This document shows, piece by piece, positions 12,654-24,196 of a stretch of 63,721 nt of DNA (positions are counted from its first letter, which is position 1; the number at the start of each line of letters is the position of its first letter). This DNA is from Geosiphon pyriformis uo1 (lineage: Eukaryota > Fungi > Glomeromycota). A model generated the notes under the pieces. The model did no database searches and had not been told where the DNA came from. It saw only the letters and a program-made list of their open reading frames with translations. The DNA lies in contig JAAOMT010000283.1 of NCBI GenBank assembly GCA_016748015.1, positions 1 through 63,721 of the forward strand, written 5' to 3'. Position numbers and translations under genes: made by a program.

Positions 12654-15600
12654 TGTTATGGGAGTGTTTTTTTGGTATATTTTAATTGTTAATCTCCTGT
12701 TTTAATTGCAATCAGTCTCTTGTGAGTTTTTCTATTTTATGTGTTGAATATTAATGATAATGTACTAAAGGTTTTCTCTTGATGTTGTGATGTAAGTCTT
12801 TTTTTTAATTTTAGTTGTCTTTGTATGTTGTGTACTCCTTTTCAGAGGCTAATTTGAAATCTACTTGCTGTCTGGAGTCTTTTCTGAGGCTATTCTTACA
12901 ATTTCCTAATGTGTTTTTCTAATCTAGAAACATGGAATGTTAATGGTCTTTTCGTGATTTCCCTAAGTATATAATAAAGCTTTTTCAATTTAATTAGTAA
13001 TTATGTGAATAATCTTGATCAGGAATTATTCTTCCAAAGAGTTCAAAGATGAAATAATAGTTTCATTTGCTAAAGAGGGTATGTGAATTTTATTGTTAAT
13101 CTCATAATTGTAATGTTCATTTAATTTATTATTTTTATTAAATTTTTTTGAATAAGATTTTATTTAGATATTTGTTGCTTTTAGTTAAAACTGTTTTTTT
13201 TTCATTATTAAAAACTATTATATATATATATAATTATTGTTTTACAAAATAATATCTTGTAATACTCTATTTCTGTTATTTCTAAATAGTGCTTGCTGCT
13301 TTTGCATGATAGTGCTTGCTGTTATTTGTAAATCATTTCTTTTTATAAATTGTTGCTGTGCTATTTCATGATTGGCTAATTTATATTATTTATAATTTCT
13401 ATTAAATTTTTGAACTGTAACATTATTCTCTCCTTTTAAGATTGAGCTCTGTTGAAATCAAAGTTAATTTCTTTATTGAATTCTAAGTTGCTATAATAGT
13501 TCAATACTATATTATTAACTTGTTGTAATTTTTGAAATTGTAAGTTGGTAAATTGTCTAATACTATTGATTGTTATTATGTTCATGGTTGGATCCAGTAA
13601 TACTTTGTAACAATTTCAAATGCTTTGAAAATTCTGTAAACTGCTTTTTGAATAGAATATAATGGTTTTTCCAATAAAACTTTCTAATTGTTGGATTGTT
13701 GCTTTGTCAAATACTTATTAATATTTCCGAGATTTAAGTTTTCCAATATATTAAGATAAGTTGGCTGGAAATTTGGATAGTTTGGATAGTTTGCATTTGT
13801 TTGCTGATTAGATCCTATGCAGTTTGGGTTTCTTTGAACCAACATATTTTGATTCCACATGGGCTGATTTTGGGGCTTGAGATACCAATTTTGGTTGGCT
13901 ACCATAGACTGTTGTTGGTAAGTTCCTTGATTTTGGTACATAGTAGGGTATTGATGTGGTATTGGTGTGTATTGATTTCTGAGCATTTGGAGTGGCGCGT
14001 AATAATTATTTTTATGTGCCTCATGCATTATTTGTGTTCAATATTAACTAATTAAATGTCTTATGCATTTGCAAAAATGGCAGGCACACATTTCTGTTCT
14101 GAAGTCCTGGCATAACAAGCAATTATTTTGGCTGCCACTAAATTCCTGGTTGTGTCTTTGTGGTGTTTGGTATGTGTTATTTCTTCCTGGATCCGAGATG
14201 AGGTAACTTTTTATTTTCTTAGAAAGTTCTTTCCCTAATTGTGTTACTCTCTTTTCTAACATTTCTGTCTTGTTTTCTTCTATTATCATATTAACTATTT
14301 GACTATGATTAGCTTTTTTTTCAGCCGATTCAAGAGCTCTGGCAAGTGTAACAGCTTCTGGTAAGGAATTAGGGTGGACAGGACATACTTTTCCTAAAAT
14401 ACTGCTTTTTAATTCTCTAATAAATTGATTTAAAACCTGAAGATTAATATAGTATCTTTGCTCAATCGCTTCAATCTGATGGTGAATTTGATTGAATCAA
14501 GCAAGATATTGGGTGACAGTTTCACCTATACTTTGCTTGATAGTATTGAATTTATTCTGCAGTTGGATTATGATATTTGGATCACTAAAATACTCTAAGT
14601 GTATATCTTTAAATTTGGCAAAGCTTGTGGGTTTTGTTTCCAAGCTTTGATATCATAAGTCAGCAATGTCTTTTAGGAAGAAAAGTAATGTTTGAATTGC
14701 TCTTTGATCATTCCAGTTATTTGCCTGAATGGCTTTTTGTGCTTTTCTGAGCCATATGTACATGTTTGTTTCTTCTTCCTCTTCTAAGAAATCTATTAAT
14801 TGTACAATGTACAGTGTGACCATTTTGTCATTGTTTCCTGCTGATGGGTTTATTGGTCTAAGAGGAGGTGAGATGATATTTTCTTGAGCATCTCTAAAGG
14901 TGGCTTCTCTTATATAGTTTTTTCTTTTGATTACAAGTTTTTTGGTTTCTGGACTGGCTGCTTGTTTCAGTAACTGGTTTTGTGCTTGTTTTTTCACTGG
15001 TTTCTTTGGATTCTGATTCAGACTCCTCTTCATGGTTTTTAAATCCCACTCCAAATTTTGGTTGAAAAAGAGGTTTTTGGAATAGTGATGAATATTCTTC
15101 TGTAATTGATATATCTCCCCAATTGTGTTGTTTAAGCTTCTCAGTGTAATTAAGAGTTTTTGGCATTTGAGGGGTTGATGTAGATGATAATGCAGCTCCT
15201 AATAGGAGTTGGATTTTATTATCTGGAAAAAAATGGTAAGATCTTTCTTCTGGTAAATGAAGGCATTGTTTTTTTACTGATTACATAATGTTTTTCTTGG
15301 GCATTTGGGTGGATGTTCCTAATTTTTGCTGATTTTCTTTATGATTAATTTCTGGATTGTGGACATATTTTCTGGTGTTCTTTGTAGATATTGGGTAATT
15401 TTTGTTGGCATATTGCTCAATTTCGTGATGAATTTGAACAATAGTCACAGCTAATGCTGTTGTTTCTTTTGTAGTAAATTGAGATAATTTTCTATATAAT
15501 TGATGTTTTGTGTCATTTGGTTTTTTTTCCCTTCTTATGTGATAATTTATTCTGGCATTAATGTAATAAGTAAGAGCAGATTCTGCTGGATAACCTCCTT

Positions 15601-16605
15601 CTGGTAATTCAAGATCACTTTAATTTTGTGTGTAAATAGCATGGCAGAATTCAAGAACAGTAAGGGTAGGAGTTTTTGTTGCCACTTTTGTTTTTTCTGT
15701 TTTAGCAATTAATTATTGCTAATTATTATTTTCTTTTTGATTTTCTTTCTTCGTAGGGTTCACCAAATGTTATGGAAGTGTTTTTTTGGTATATTTTAAT
15801 TGTTGATTTCCTGTTTTAATTGCAATCAGTTTTTCATGAGTTCCTTTATTTTATGTGTTGGATATTAATGATAATGTACTAAAGGTTTTCTCTTGATGTT
15901 GTGATGTAAGTCTTCTCTTTAATTCTAGTTGTCTTTGTATGTTGTGTACTCTTTCTCAAAGACTAATCTGAAATCTACCCACTGTTTGGGGTCTTTTCTG
16001 AGGCTATCCTTGCAATTGTCTAATGTGTTTCTTTAATCTAGAAACACAGAATGTTAATAGTTTTTTTGCAATTTTTTTAAGTATATAATAAAGCTTTTTC
16101 AATTTAATTAGTAACCATGTAAATAATCTTGATCAGGGATTATTCTTTTAAAGGGTTCAAAGATAGAATGATAGTTTTATTCACTAGAGAGGGTATGTGA
16201 ATTCTATTGTTAATTTCGTAATTGTGATGTTCATTCAATTTATTATTTTTATTAATTCTTTTTAAATAAGATTTCATTTAGATATTTGTTGCTTCTAGTT
16301 GAAGCTGTTTTTTTTTTATCATTAAAAACTATTGTATATATATATAATTATTGTTTTACAAAATAACGTTTTGTAATACTCTATTTCTGTTATTTCTAAA
16401 TAGTGCTTGCTGCTTTTGCACAATAGTACTTGCTGCTATTGTGAAATAGTGCTTGCTGCTATTGCAAAATAGTACTTGCTGCTATTGTAAAATAGTGCTT
16501 GCTGTTATTTGTAAATTATTTCTTTTTATAAATTGTTGCTGTGCTATTTTATGATTGGCTAATTTATATTATTTATAATTTCTATTAAATTCTTGAACTG
16601 TTACA
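12654..16605 (-). mobile_element. Element B: non-autonomous gag-only LTR element (family C-related) with an internal deletion
   Basis: LTRs 12654-13422 (3') and 15768-16605 (5'). Perfect TSD CCAC (12650-53 / 16606-09). PBS at ~15749-15767, PPT at ~13423-13437. gag with CHFCKCIRHLI knuckle is joined at ~13715 to the tail of ORF3. Confidence 0.92.
16399..16513. repeat. 23-bp tandem repeat x5 in the B 5' LTR (x2 in the 3' LTR at ~13286-13332)
   Basis: Unit AATAGTGCTTGCTGCTATTGTGA. Confidence 0.9.
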
Positions 16606-17336
16606 CCACCAAACTAAAAGCCAACCATGATTAAGCCATAAATCTAATGATGAACAGATTATCTGAATTGAATTCGAAATTGAAACAATTCAGCAACTTG
16701 ATTAATTAGAAATTAGAAAGATACTTAACTAACAATCAAGCAATTTATCAACCTCCACAATGATGCAATAATCAAAGAAACTCAAATTATTTCCAAAATC
16801 AATCACACCTATTATTATCAACCAATCAGCAGTAACAACAGGAAATGCATGTTTGCTACTATTGTGGTAAATAAGACCACTTACAAATTGACTGCTGCCA
16901 TTAATTAAATAGCCAATGATTAGGAAACCAATATTGAAATCCTGATTGCCAGTTTTAAAATTTGAGATATCAACCCAACTCAGAACTATATCAACCAAAT
17001 TATCTACTAGTGATATAGCTGCCAATTTATTAACTACTTATTTATCAAAATCTAGCACCAGTTATTTATCAATCACAGCTGCAAGTAATATATTAATCCC
17101 AACAAATTCAAACACCATCACAAGTTCTAACTTCAATGTCATCTGGAAACCAAAGACCAAGAACCATTCAACAAAACTGGAGATTGGTGATAGTTGTTTA
17201 TTAACTGATCTTCAGTTCATTTACCTAACAATCAGAATCTTACCAGTGGAGTTCAAAAACTGAGTATACTCAAAACCTGAACTCCTAAAACTATTTAAGT
17301 CTTCTGGTTACTCTAGAAAATGCCTTAACTCATAAC

Positions 17337-20300
17337 TTGGAAACAACTCCAAAGAAATTAATCAACAACAACATACCTCCAGCCACCATTACCAATAATA
17401 AATTGTTAGCAGTAATTTTTCTCTTTGACTTTGAGACACCAACAACAACACTTTTATTTAGTGAAGCCACTTTTAACACTAAACTTATTACTACAATATA
17501 CACTAATGCCAAGATTGATGACCATTCCATCAAACTGATTTTAAACAGTAGATCAGCTGGTAGTATCATCACAAAACAACTCATAGACCAATTAGGTTGC
17601 CAAGTTGATCACACTACCAGTACCAAAATTATTATAGCTGATAAAGCAATCAAAACTCTCATTAGTGAAATCGATAATTTATCTATCAAAGTCAATGGCA
17701 TCATTGTATCAATCAAAGTTTTGGTAATAGAAGCCACATAATACCAGGCTCTTATTGGTAATAACTGGCTATCCAAAACTAATGCTATACTCAATTGGAC
17801 CATGTAAAAGCTCTAGTTCAGTCAAAATAGACAACATGTTTGAACACCAGCCATGTGTAAACATTTCAGAACTTCTTCAAAAAAAGAACAACCATTGATT
17901 AAACTAGATAAAGAAAAAAAAACCTACTTGGAAAGCCTATCAAGTTTCTTGGACTGATAAAAACCACAATAAGCTACCACCAATTTTGTCTTGTGAAGAT
18001 AAAGAGAAAGAAAAAAAAAAGATCTATCTAAAGAAAAGCCACAGAAAAAAATAGCTATCAAAGAAACTAGTGGCTGGAGAAGATTATATTTTACTAACAT
18101 CAGACCAAAACCACTATATATACTTCTTAAGTATAAAAACTACAAAAAGAAACTATTTTCCATGGGAGCATGGATCACACTTAACAAAAACCACTAAATG
18201 AGAACTCATTATTACTGCAAGTCTTACCACCATGAATGCTATAGTTATCCTAAATGTCAAGGAAAGTGGAACAATAAATTATGTTTTATGTGTAGAGAAC
18301 AGTTGGTTGACAAAGGAATATAGAACAACATTTCTGGTCAAGGAAGAATGTGTAACACTTTGTGCCAATACATAATCCTCATCAATAACTAAGTAAGTTG
18401 TGAGACACCTATTACTGCAGTCTAACACTAAGCAATCTTTTGCTTAAATGATTACCCACATAATGAAGACAAGATCTGGCAAATGGCAAATGCCAAAGTC
18501 AAAAGAGCTATGTTCAGTAAAATCTTGAAAATTAAAAATAATTCTCTAGAACCAGTCAATATTATTCTTATTCTTAACTCAGATGTTTTTCTCGACATAG
18601 AAACAGGCCCAAAGGAGTTTTATGAACATTATCAAAATTTAACACTCACAAAAAAAGAACAAGAGCAGCATTTAACACAACTAAATACTTAACTATGTAA
18701 CCACTGTTTAATTCCATGTGATTTCCAATATTGTAATAAGTGTAACCTTATTTACAATCTACTGATCCACATAATCTACACGATCTCTGAAGAAAAGAAA
18801 CCAATCAGCAGCTGTGTATTAGAATCAAAATCAAATTTCAATTCTGATTCTAACTTTAACAATGACAATAACAATAACAACAGTTCCAGTTCTATTCAAT
18901 ATAACAACCAAAATAACAATGATTCAAACTCTAATTCAAACCCTGAACAATATATTGTACTTTCTAATCTTATTAAGGAGCAGAAACTGAAATAGTTCAG
19001 TGATAATGATGAAGATATTATGCCAGAATGTGCACATGATACTAATGCTGAGTTTGATCTAAGATATTTAGAAAAAAATGCCATCAAATTGGAATTACAC
19101 TCACATACAAGCATTGATTTTAAAATAGCACTAGAAATCTCAGCAACAACAATGGTTCAACTAGCATCAAGAAATAGTCTAACAAAAAAAGAGATTAATA
19201 TAAAAAGAGAAATAATTGATACAGGATATGTAAGAAATATTATTGCAATGCTACAAAATGATTTAAAAAAAGCCTACATCATAGAGCCAAACAAAAAAAT
19301 AGCACAGACAATATTTTTGTCTTTGGTTAAAATAGCTCAGTTAGTATTAGTAAGAAACCAGAAAAAATTAGGGATTATAGCTAAAAGAATTAGTGGATTT
19401 GAATTAACAGGGAGAATAAAGATACCAGTTAACATGGCAGAGGAAGAAATTTTTGACAAGAGAAAAATTATTTTCACCTGTCAAGCAATTTTTATTCCAT
19501 TATATAACAGACATATGTTAGCAATAGAAAGAAAAATGAAAGATCAAGCACAAATTTTTGAAGCAGAACCAACTATTTGTAAAGCAGAAAAGATTGAATT
19601 AATTAATCTATACATACCAACTAAAAACCACAGTTACATCAAAATTTCTATTTACAACAACACAGAAGATGTCATTGAGATACCAGAAGGAACCAACATT
19701 GGATATTTAACCACCAAAATCAAAAACCAACTACCAAACCCCATTTCAGATTTTTCACAACTGTGTAAATATGTGAATATCACATTACAAACAATATACA
19801 AACAAGAAAAATATTATTTGCTTTAACCAGAACAATTAGAACAAATAAACATGGGAAACTTAAACTTACTTTAATGTATATAACTTAAAATGTTACTTAA
19901 CAACTTCACTAACATTTTTACAAGTGAAAATAAGTTTGGCAGAATTGACATAATCTAGCATCAAATTAAGACTGAAAATGCAATGCCAATCAAACAAAGA
20001 GCATACCAAATACCACCAGTCAATTATGAGATCATTTGTCAAAAAATCAATTAGATGTTTAACAATAAGCTAATTCAGTCATTAATAAGCCCATGGTCAT
20101 TACCAGTGGTATTAGTCTATAGAAAAAATGGAAAAATCCACTTTTGTGTGGATTACAGAAAACTTAATAGTATAACTTATAGAAACAGTTATCCAACTCC
20201 ACAAATTCAAGAATTATTCAATGCTTTCAGAAAAAAGAAATAGTTTTTGATATTAAATCTAGATAGTGGTTACTGACAAGTAGCCATGAATTCAGAAAAT

Positions 20301-21245
20301 AAGGAAAAGACAGCATTCATCACAAGAAAAGGGAATTTTGAATTTGAAGTAATGCTATTTGACTTAATCAACGCACCAGCCACATTTCAATGGCTAATAG
20401 AAATTGTTTATACTAAACTACTATGGAAATCAATAGTTGTGTATTTAAATAATACCAATGTGTTTTCAAAAACATTTGATGATCATTTTTATCATTTCCA
20501 GCAAGTGTTTGAAAGACTAAAAAGAGCAAGATTGAAATTAAACACAACCAAGTGTTTCTTTGGCAAGACAAAACTCAAGGTTTTAGGACATATTGTAAGC
20601 AAAGAGAATATTAAAACAAATCCAAATAAAATTGAAGTAATAAAGTCTTTTCCAGTATTCACCAACCTAACCAAATTATGAGCATTCTTGGAATTTACAG
20701 AGTACTATTGTTGCTTTATCAAAAACTTTTCCAAACTGGTTCAATCACTGCATTATCTACAAACCAAGAATTTTAAATATGAATGGACCAAAACACAACA
20801 AAAAGCTTTTGACATACTGAAAAGAAAGCTCATTCAAGCTCCAGTACTAATCTATTCAGATCATAGTAAACCATTCATTATTACCACCAATGTATCAAGT
20901 TAAGTATTAGGAGCAGTATTATCACAAAAAAAACCAGATGGAAGAAAACATCTAGTAGTATATGCCAGCCAAAACTTAATGCCAGCCAAAAAAAACTATG
21001 AAACACCAGCACTAAAATACTTAGCAATTTATTGGACAGTCATAAAATAGAAAGAATACTTAAACCAAAAATTTGAGATATATACTGATTACAAAAGATT
21101 GACTTCAATTCAAAAGCAAAAATTTGGAGACAATTAACATGCAAAATAAAAAATAGCACTTTCACTATATACTTTTACATTACACTATAAAAAAGAAAAA
21201 AAAAAAAGAAATACTGATAGTTTGTCACAAATGAAACAAATCTGA
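17337..21245 (+). pseudogene. pol: A1 PR - Cys-rich domain - dUTPase - RT - RNase H (many stops)
   Basis: LILNSRSAGS (PR). YYCKSY..CFMC..CNTLC (Cys-rich). AEFDL, ASRNS, IIDTGYVRNI, KIAQTIF (dUTPase). SPWSLPVVLV..FCVDYRKLN, YLNNTNVF (RT). IITTNVSS (RH). Confidence 0.9.
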
Positions 21246-21306
21246 ACATTCTAATCCAAAAATATAACAAAATCCGAACATTGCAACACAAAAATATAAC
21301 AAAAAA

Positions 21307-22673
21307 ATGAATACACAAAAATACCAACAACTCTAGCATTATATAAATACTTAATAGTTCAAAAAAAAATTATCTTAAAAGAAACAAAACAACATAAAAC
21401 AACAATCAAAATATTTTATTAACCATCAAAATATACTTTACCAGAAGAACAAAAGAAATTCAAATCAACTAATTAGAGTAATTACAGAGCCAGAAAAAGA
21501 GACAATATTGTTTAACATACACTTAGATCCAACAGCAGGACATTTTCATAAAGAAGCAACCATGAAAAAAACCATAAAAAAATACTATTAGTCATTAATG
21601 TATTCAGACATTATCTAATATGTTCAAAATTGTGATGCTTGTCAGAAAAGAGGAGGAACAAGACCCAATAAGCCACTAAGACCAATTAAAGTGTGACAAC
21701 TATTTAATTACATTGGGATTGACTTAGTCAGACCATTAACAATAATCAGCAAAAGAAACAAATATATTGCAGTAGTCATGAATTATCTTACTAAGTGGCC
21801 AGAAGCAAGAGCAAATGCAGAATCTATTGCCAAATTCGTTTATTAAAATCTAATTTATCAACACAGATGTCCAAAAGAACTACTATTAGATCAAAGAACT
21901 CACTTTGTAAACAGAACATTAGCAGAATTAAGTCAAAAATTTGGAATCAAAAGACCATTATTATTACCATACTATCCATAAACAAATGGATTAGTTAAAA
22001 AATTTAATAGAACATTGTGTGAAGCAATTGCCAAAATCAGTCAAGAAATTCAAGATAAATGGAATTTGTTTATACTATCAGTATTATTTGCTTATTGAAC
22101 AATAAAACAAGATACTACATAATACTATTTGAATTAGTATATGGTAGAACAGCAATATTACCAATTGAAATAGAAGTCAATATATATTTAACTAAACCAA
22201 TAATAGAAGACAATTTCCAAGAAACATTGTTAAAAAGAACATATGACTTAATGGAAACTTTGGAAAACAAATAATGAAAAGCAGTTGATAATATTTAAAA
22301 AAAACAAAAAAAACAAAAAAAAAGACATGATAACCAACTACTGGCTAAACCAGTCGAATTCAAGATTAGAGACAAAGTACTTTTACATTGTATTAAAGCA
22401 GAAAAACAATAAAGTAGAAAATTTAACCCCAAATGGAATGGACCATTTCACATAAAAGAAAGTCTAGGAAATGAAGCTTATAAATTAAGGTTGAACAACA
22501 AAATCATAACCAAAGCAGCACATAGAAATTGACTGAAATTATATTACAATATAGCATCATTATCCACTAGTAATATTCCACAATTAGGAGTACAGAGAAT
22601 ACTAGTCTGATCAAATGAGATTCCATGAGATTTAGAACCAATTATTATCATTAACACAAGCACATTAAATTGA
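21307..22673 (+). pseudogene. A1 integrase, separate ORF (disrupted)
   Basis: Starts MNTQKYQQL. H..GHF..CDAC, GIDLVRP, LLDQRTHF, NGLV(E)(R)FN, WNGPF. Confidence 0.85.
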
Positions 22674-22697
22674 TCAACCAAAAGAATATATAAAAAC

Positions 22698-23355
22698 ATG
22701 GTATATATAATGGAAAATATTAGAAAAATAGAAATTACTGACAAGATTCACTTGCTAGCATAACAACTTTTTCAATTAATTTAACAATAGAATATGGAAA
22801 TTACTATTAACTAACAAATCATTCAATACAAAAATACCAGAAAAATACCAATACAAAATACAAAAGAAACCAGAAAACAACATTAACAAAATAATTCTAA
22901 AAATAAAATTGGCAATAAAAGAGCCAACAAGTATCACTTCATATTAAAAATTGACCAAAAAAACTTGGAAGTGATAGATACAAGAATTTCCAAGAAACTT
23001 TTGTTATTTCCACTTGAGACAATATTTGAATATTTAAAACTTATATATGGATAAGACAAAGTAATTATTCAATCCAAAAATATTACAACAACTTAAACAA
23101 TTTGTAAAAAAAAATAATCTAACTACATAAGCATGAGCCATTTATCAATTTCAAGTTGAATTTTAAGACTGACCAGAAATCTTACTCAATCCAGCAATGG
23201 ACATCATTATCATTAACCAAATGGGAAAAATAATCAATGCCCAATTTAAAGAATTACAGAACAAGATAACACAAGTAATTCTCAAAAAAAAAGTTCAAGA
23301 AATACTCAAAGACAGAAAGTTAGAATTAGAAAATCTCGACAGAGCTCAATATTAA
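22698..23355 (+). pseudogene. A1 ORF3 (unknown function, disrupted)
   Basis: Homologous to the C-family ORF3 (MEITIN..; IINAQFKELQNKI; ..DRAQY* abutting the PPT). Confidence 0.7.
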
Positions 23356-23368
23356 AAAGTGTGAATAA

Positions 23369-24192
23369 TATTATTTATAGAATATAAGAAGTATATTAGT
23401 ATATAAATTAGTCAATCAGAGGTAGATATAGTAAATGTAGAATTCCAGGATTTCTTTTAGAGAAATTACAGAATTCCAAAAATTTCAGAATTCTTGTATG
23501 AGAAATTGCAAAATTCTAGAAATTCCAGAATTTTTGGTGTAAAAAATTGAAGAATTAAGGAATCTCAATTATGTATATATAGCAATAGTATTAGAAGTAG
23601 AAAAAACAGATCTCTTAGTTTTAGATTTAATCTAAGCAATCTTTTTATTCAAAAATATTAATAAATAATTATTTGCTATCTTAATCCATTTTCTACTATT
23701 AACACTTTATGTTAATAGTAACTGATACTTAACTACACTGAAACAATAGCTCTTGATCATGGTTATTGACAGGATACTAACATTTATTGCCTTGGCTTAT
23801 TTTTTTATTTTATTTTTTTTATTTCTCTTCTTTTGTCATTTCTTGTTGTTACTAATTAATTAAAGATTAAGTACCAAGTTATTGATGTCATAGATAGCTT
23901 GGTAAAAGACCCAGAAATAAAGGTAACATTATATATATATTAATAGATAACTTACTTGAAGGGCATAAATATTAGAATAAAACTGGCCACCAAGCTAAGA
24001 AAGAAATTGGATGAAATTATAATTCTGGAAGGCTACTGAAAACAACTATTGAATCTCTGTTCATTATACAAAAGACTCAATCAAAACCTTCAGACAACCA
24101 AAACCTTCAGATATTACCAACCATATTAGCTATTGAGCACCAAGTTACAGATTTGTTATTTATTCCACCCACCCAAATAATCATCTGTAATA
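23369..24192 (+). repeat. 3' LTR of A1
   Basis: Direct repeat of 10381-11164 with one extra ~40-bp U3 repeat unit. Confidence 0.92.
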
Positions 24193-24196
24193 GTGT

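Larger units (their letters stand above)
11227..17330 (+). pseudogene. gag: gag of A1 (N-terminal helical domain, P/Q-rich spacer, retrotransposon-Gag/CA, CCHC knuckle), split by element B
   Basis: PMAYAPITKIKKFTGKEDDTQVW.., QILNQFIRGL, RDF(E)AT|(E)L(E)ANH across the B insertion. Knuckle CYYCGK*DHLQIDC at ~16854-16895. Confidence 0.85.
10381..24192 (+). mobile_element. Element A1: full-length decayed Ty3/Gypsy-like LTR retrotransposon with dUTPase, inserted in ORF3 of A0
   Basis: LTRs 10381-11164 and 23369-24192. TSD GTGC (10377-80) / GTGT (24193-96). PBS and PPT present. Domain order gag-PR-Cys-dUT-RT-RH, IN, ORF3. The A0 ORF3 reads through when A1 is removed. Confidence 0.92.

Noticed and set aside
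16399-16513. CRISPR-like array of 23-bp repeats
   Set aside because: The units are head-to-tail with no unique spacers, sit inside an LTR, and there are no cas genes.
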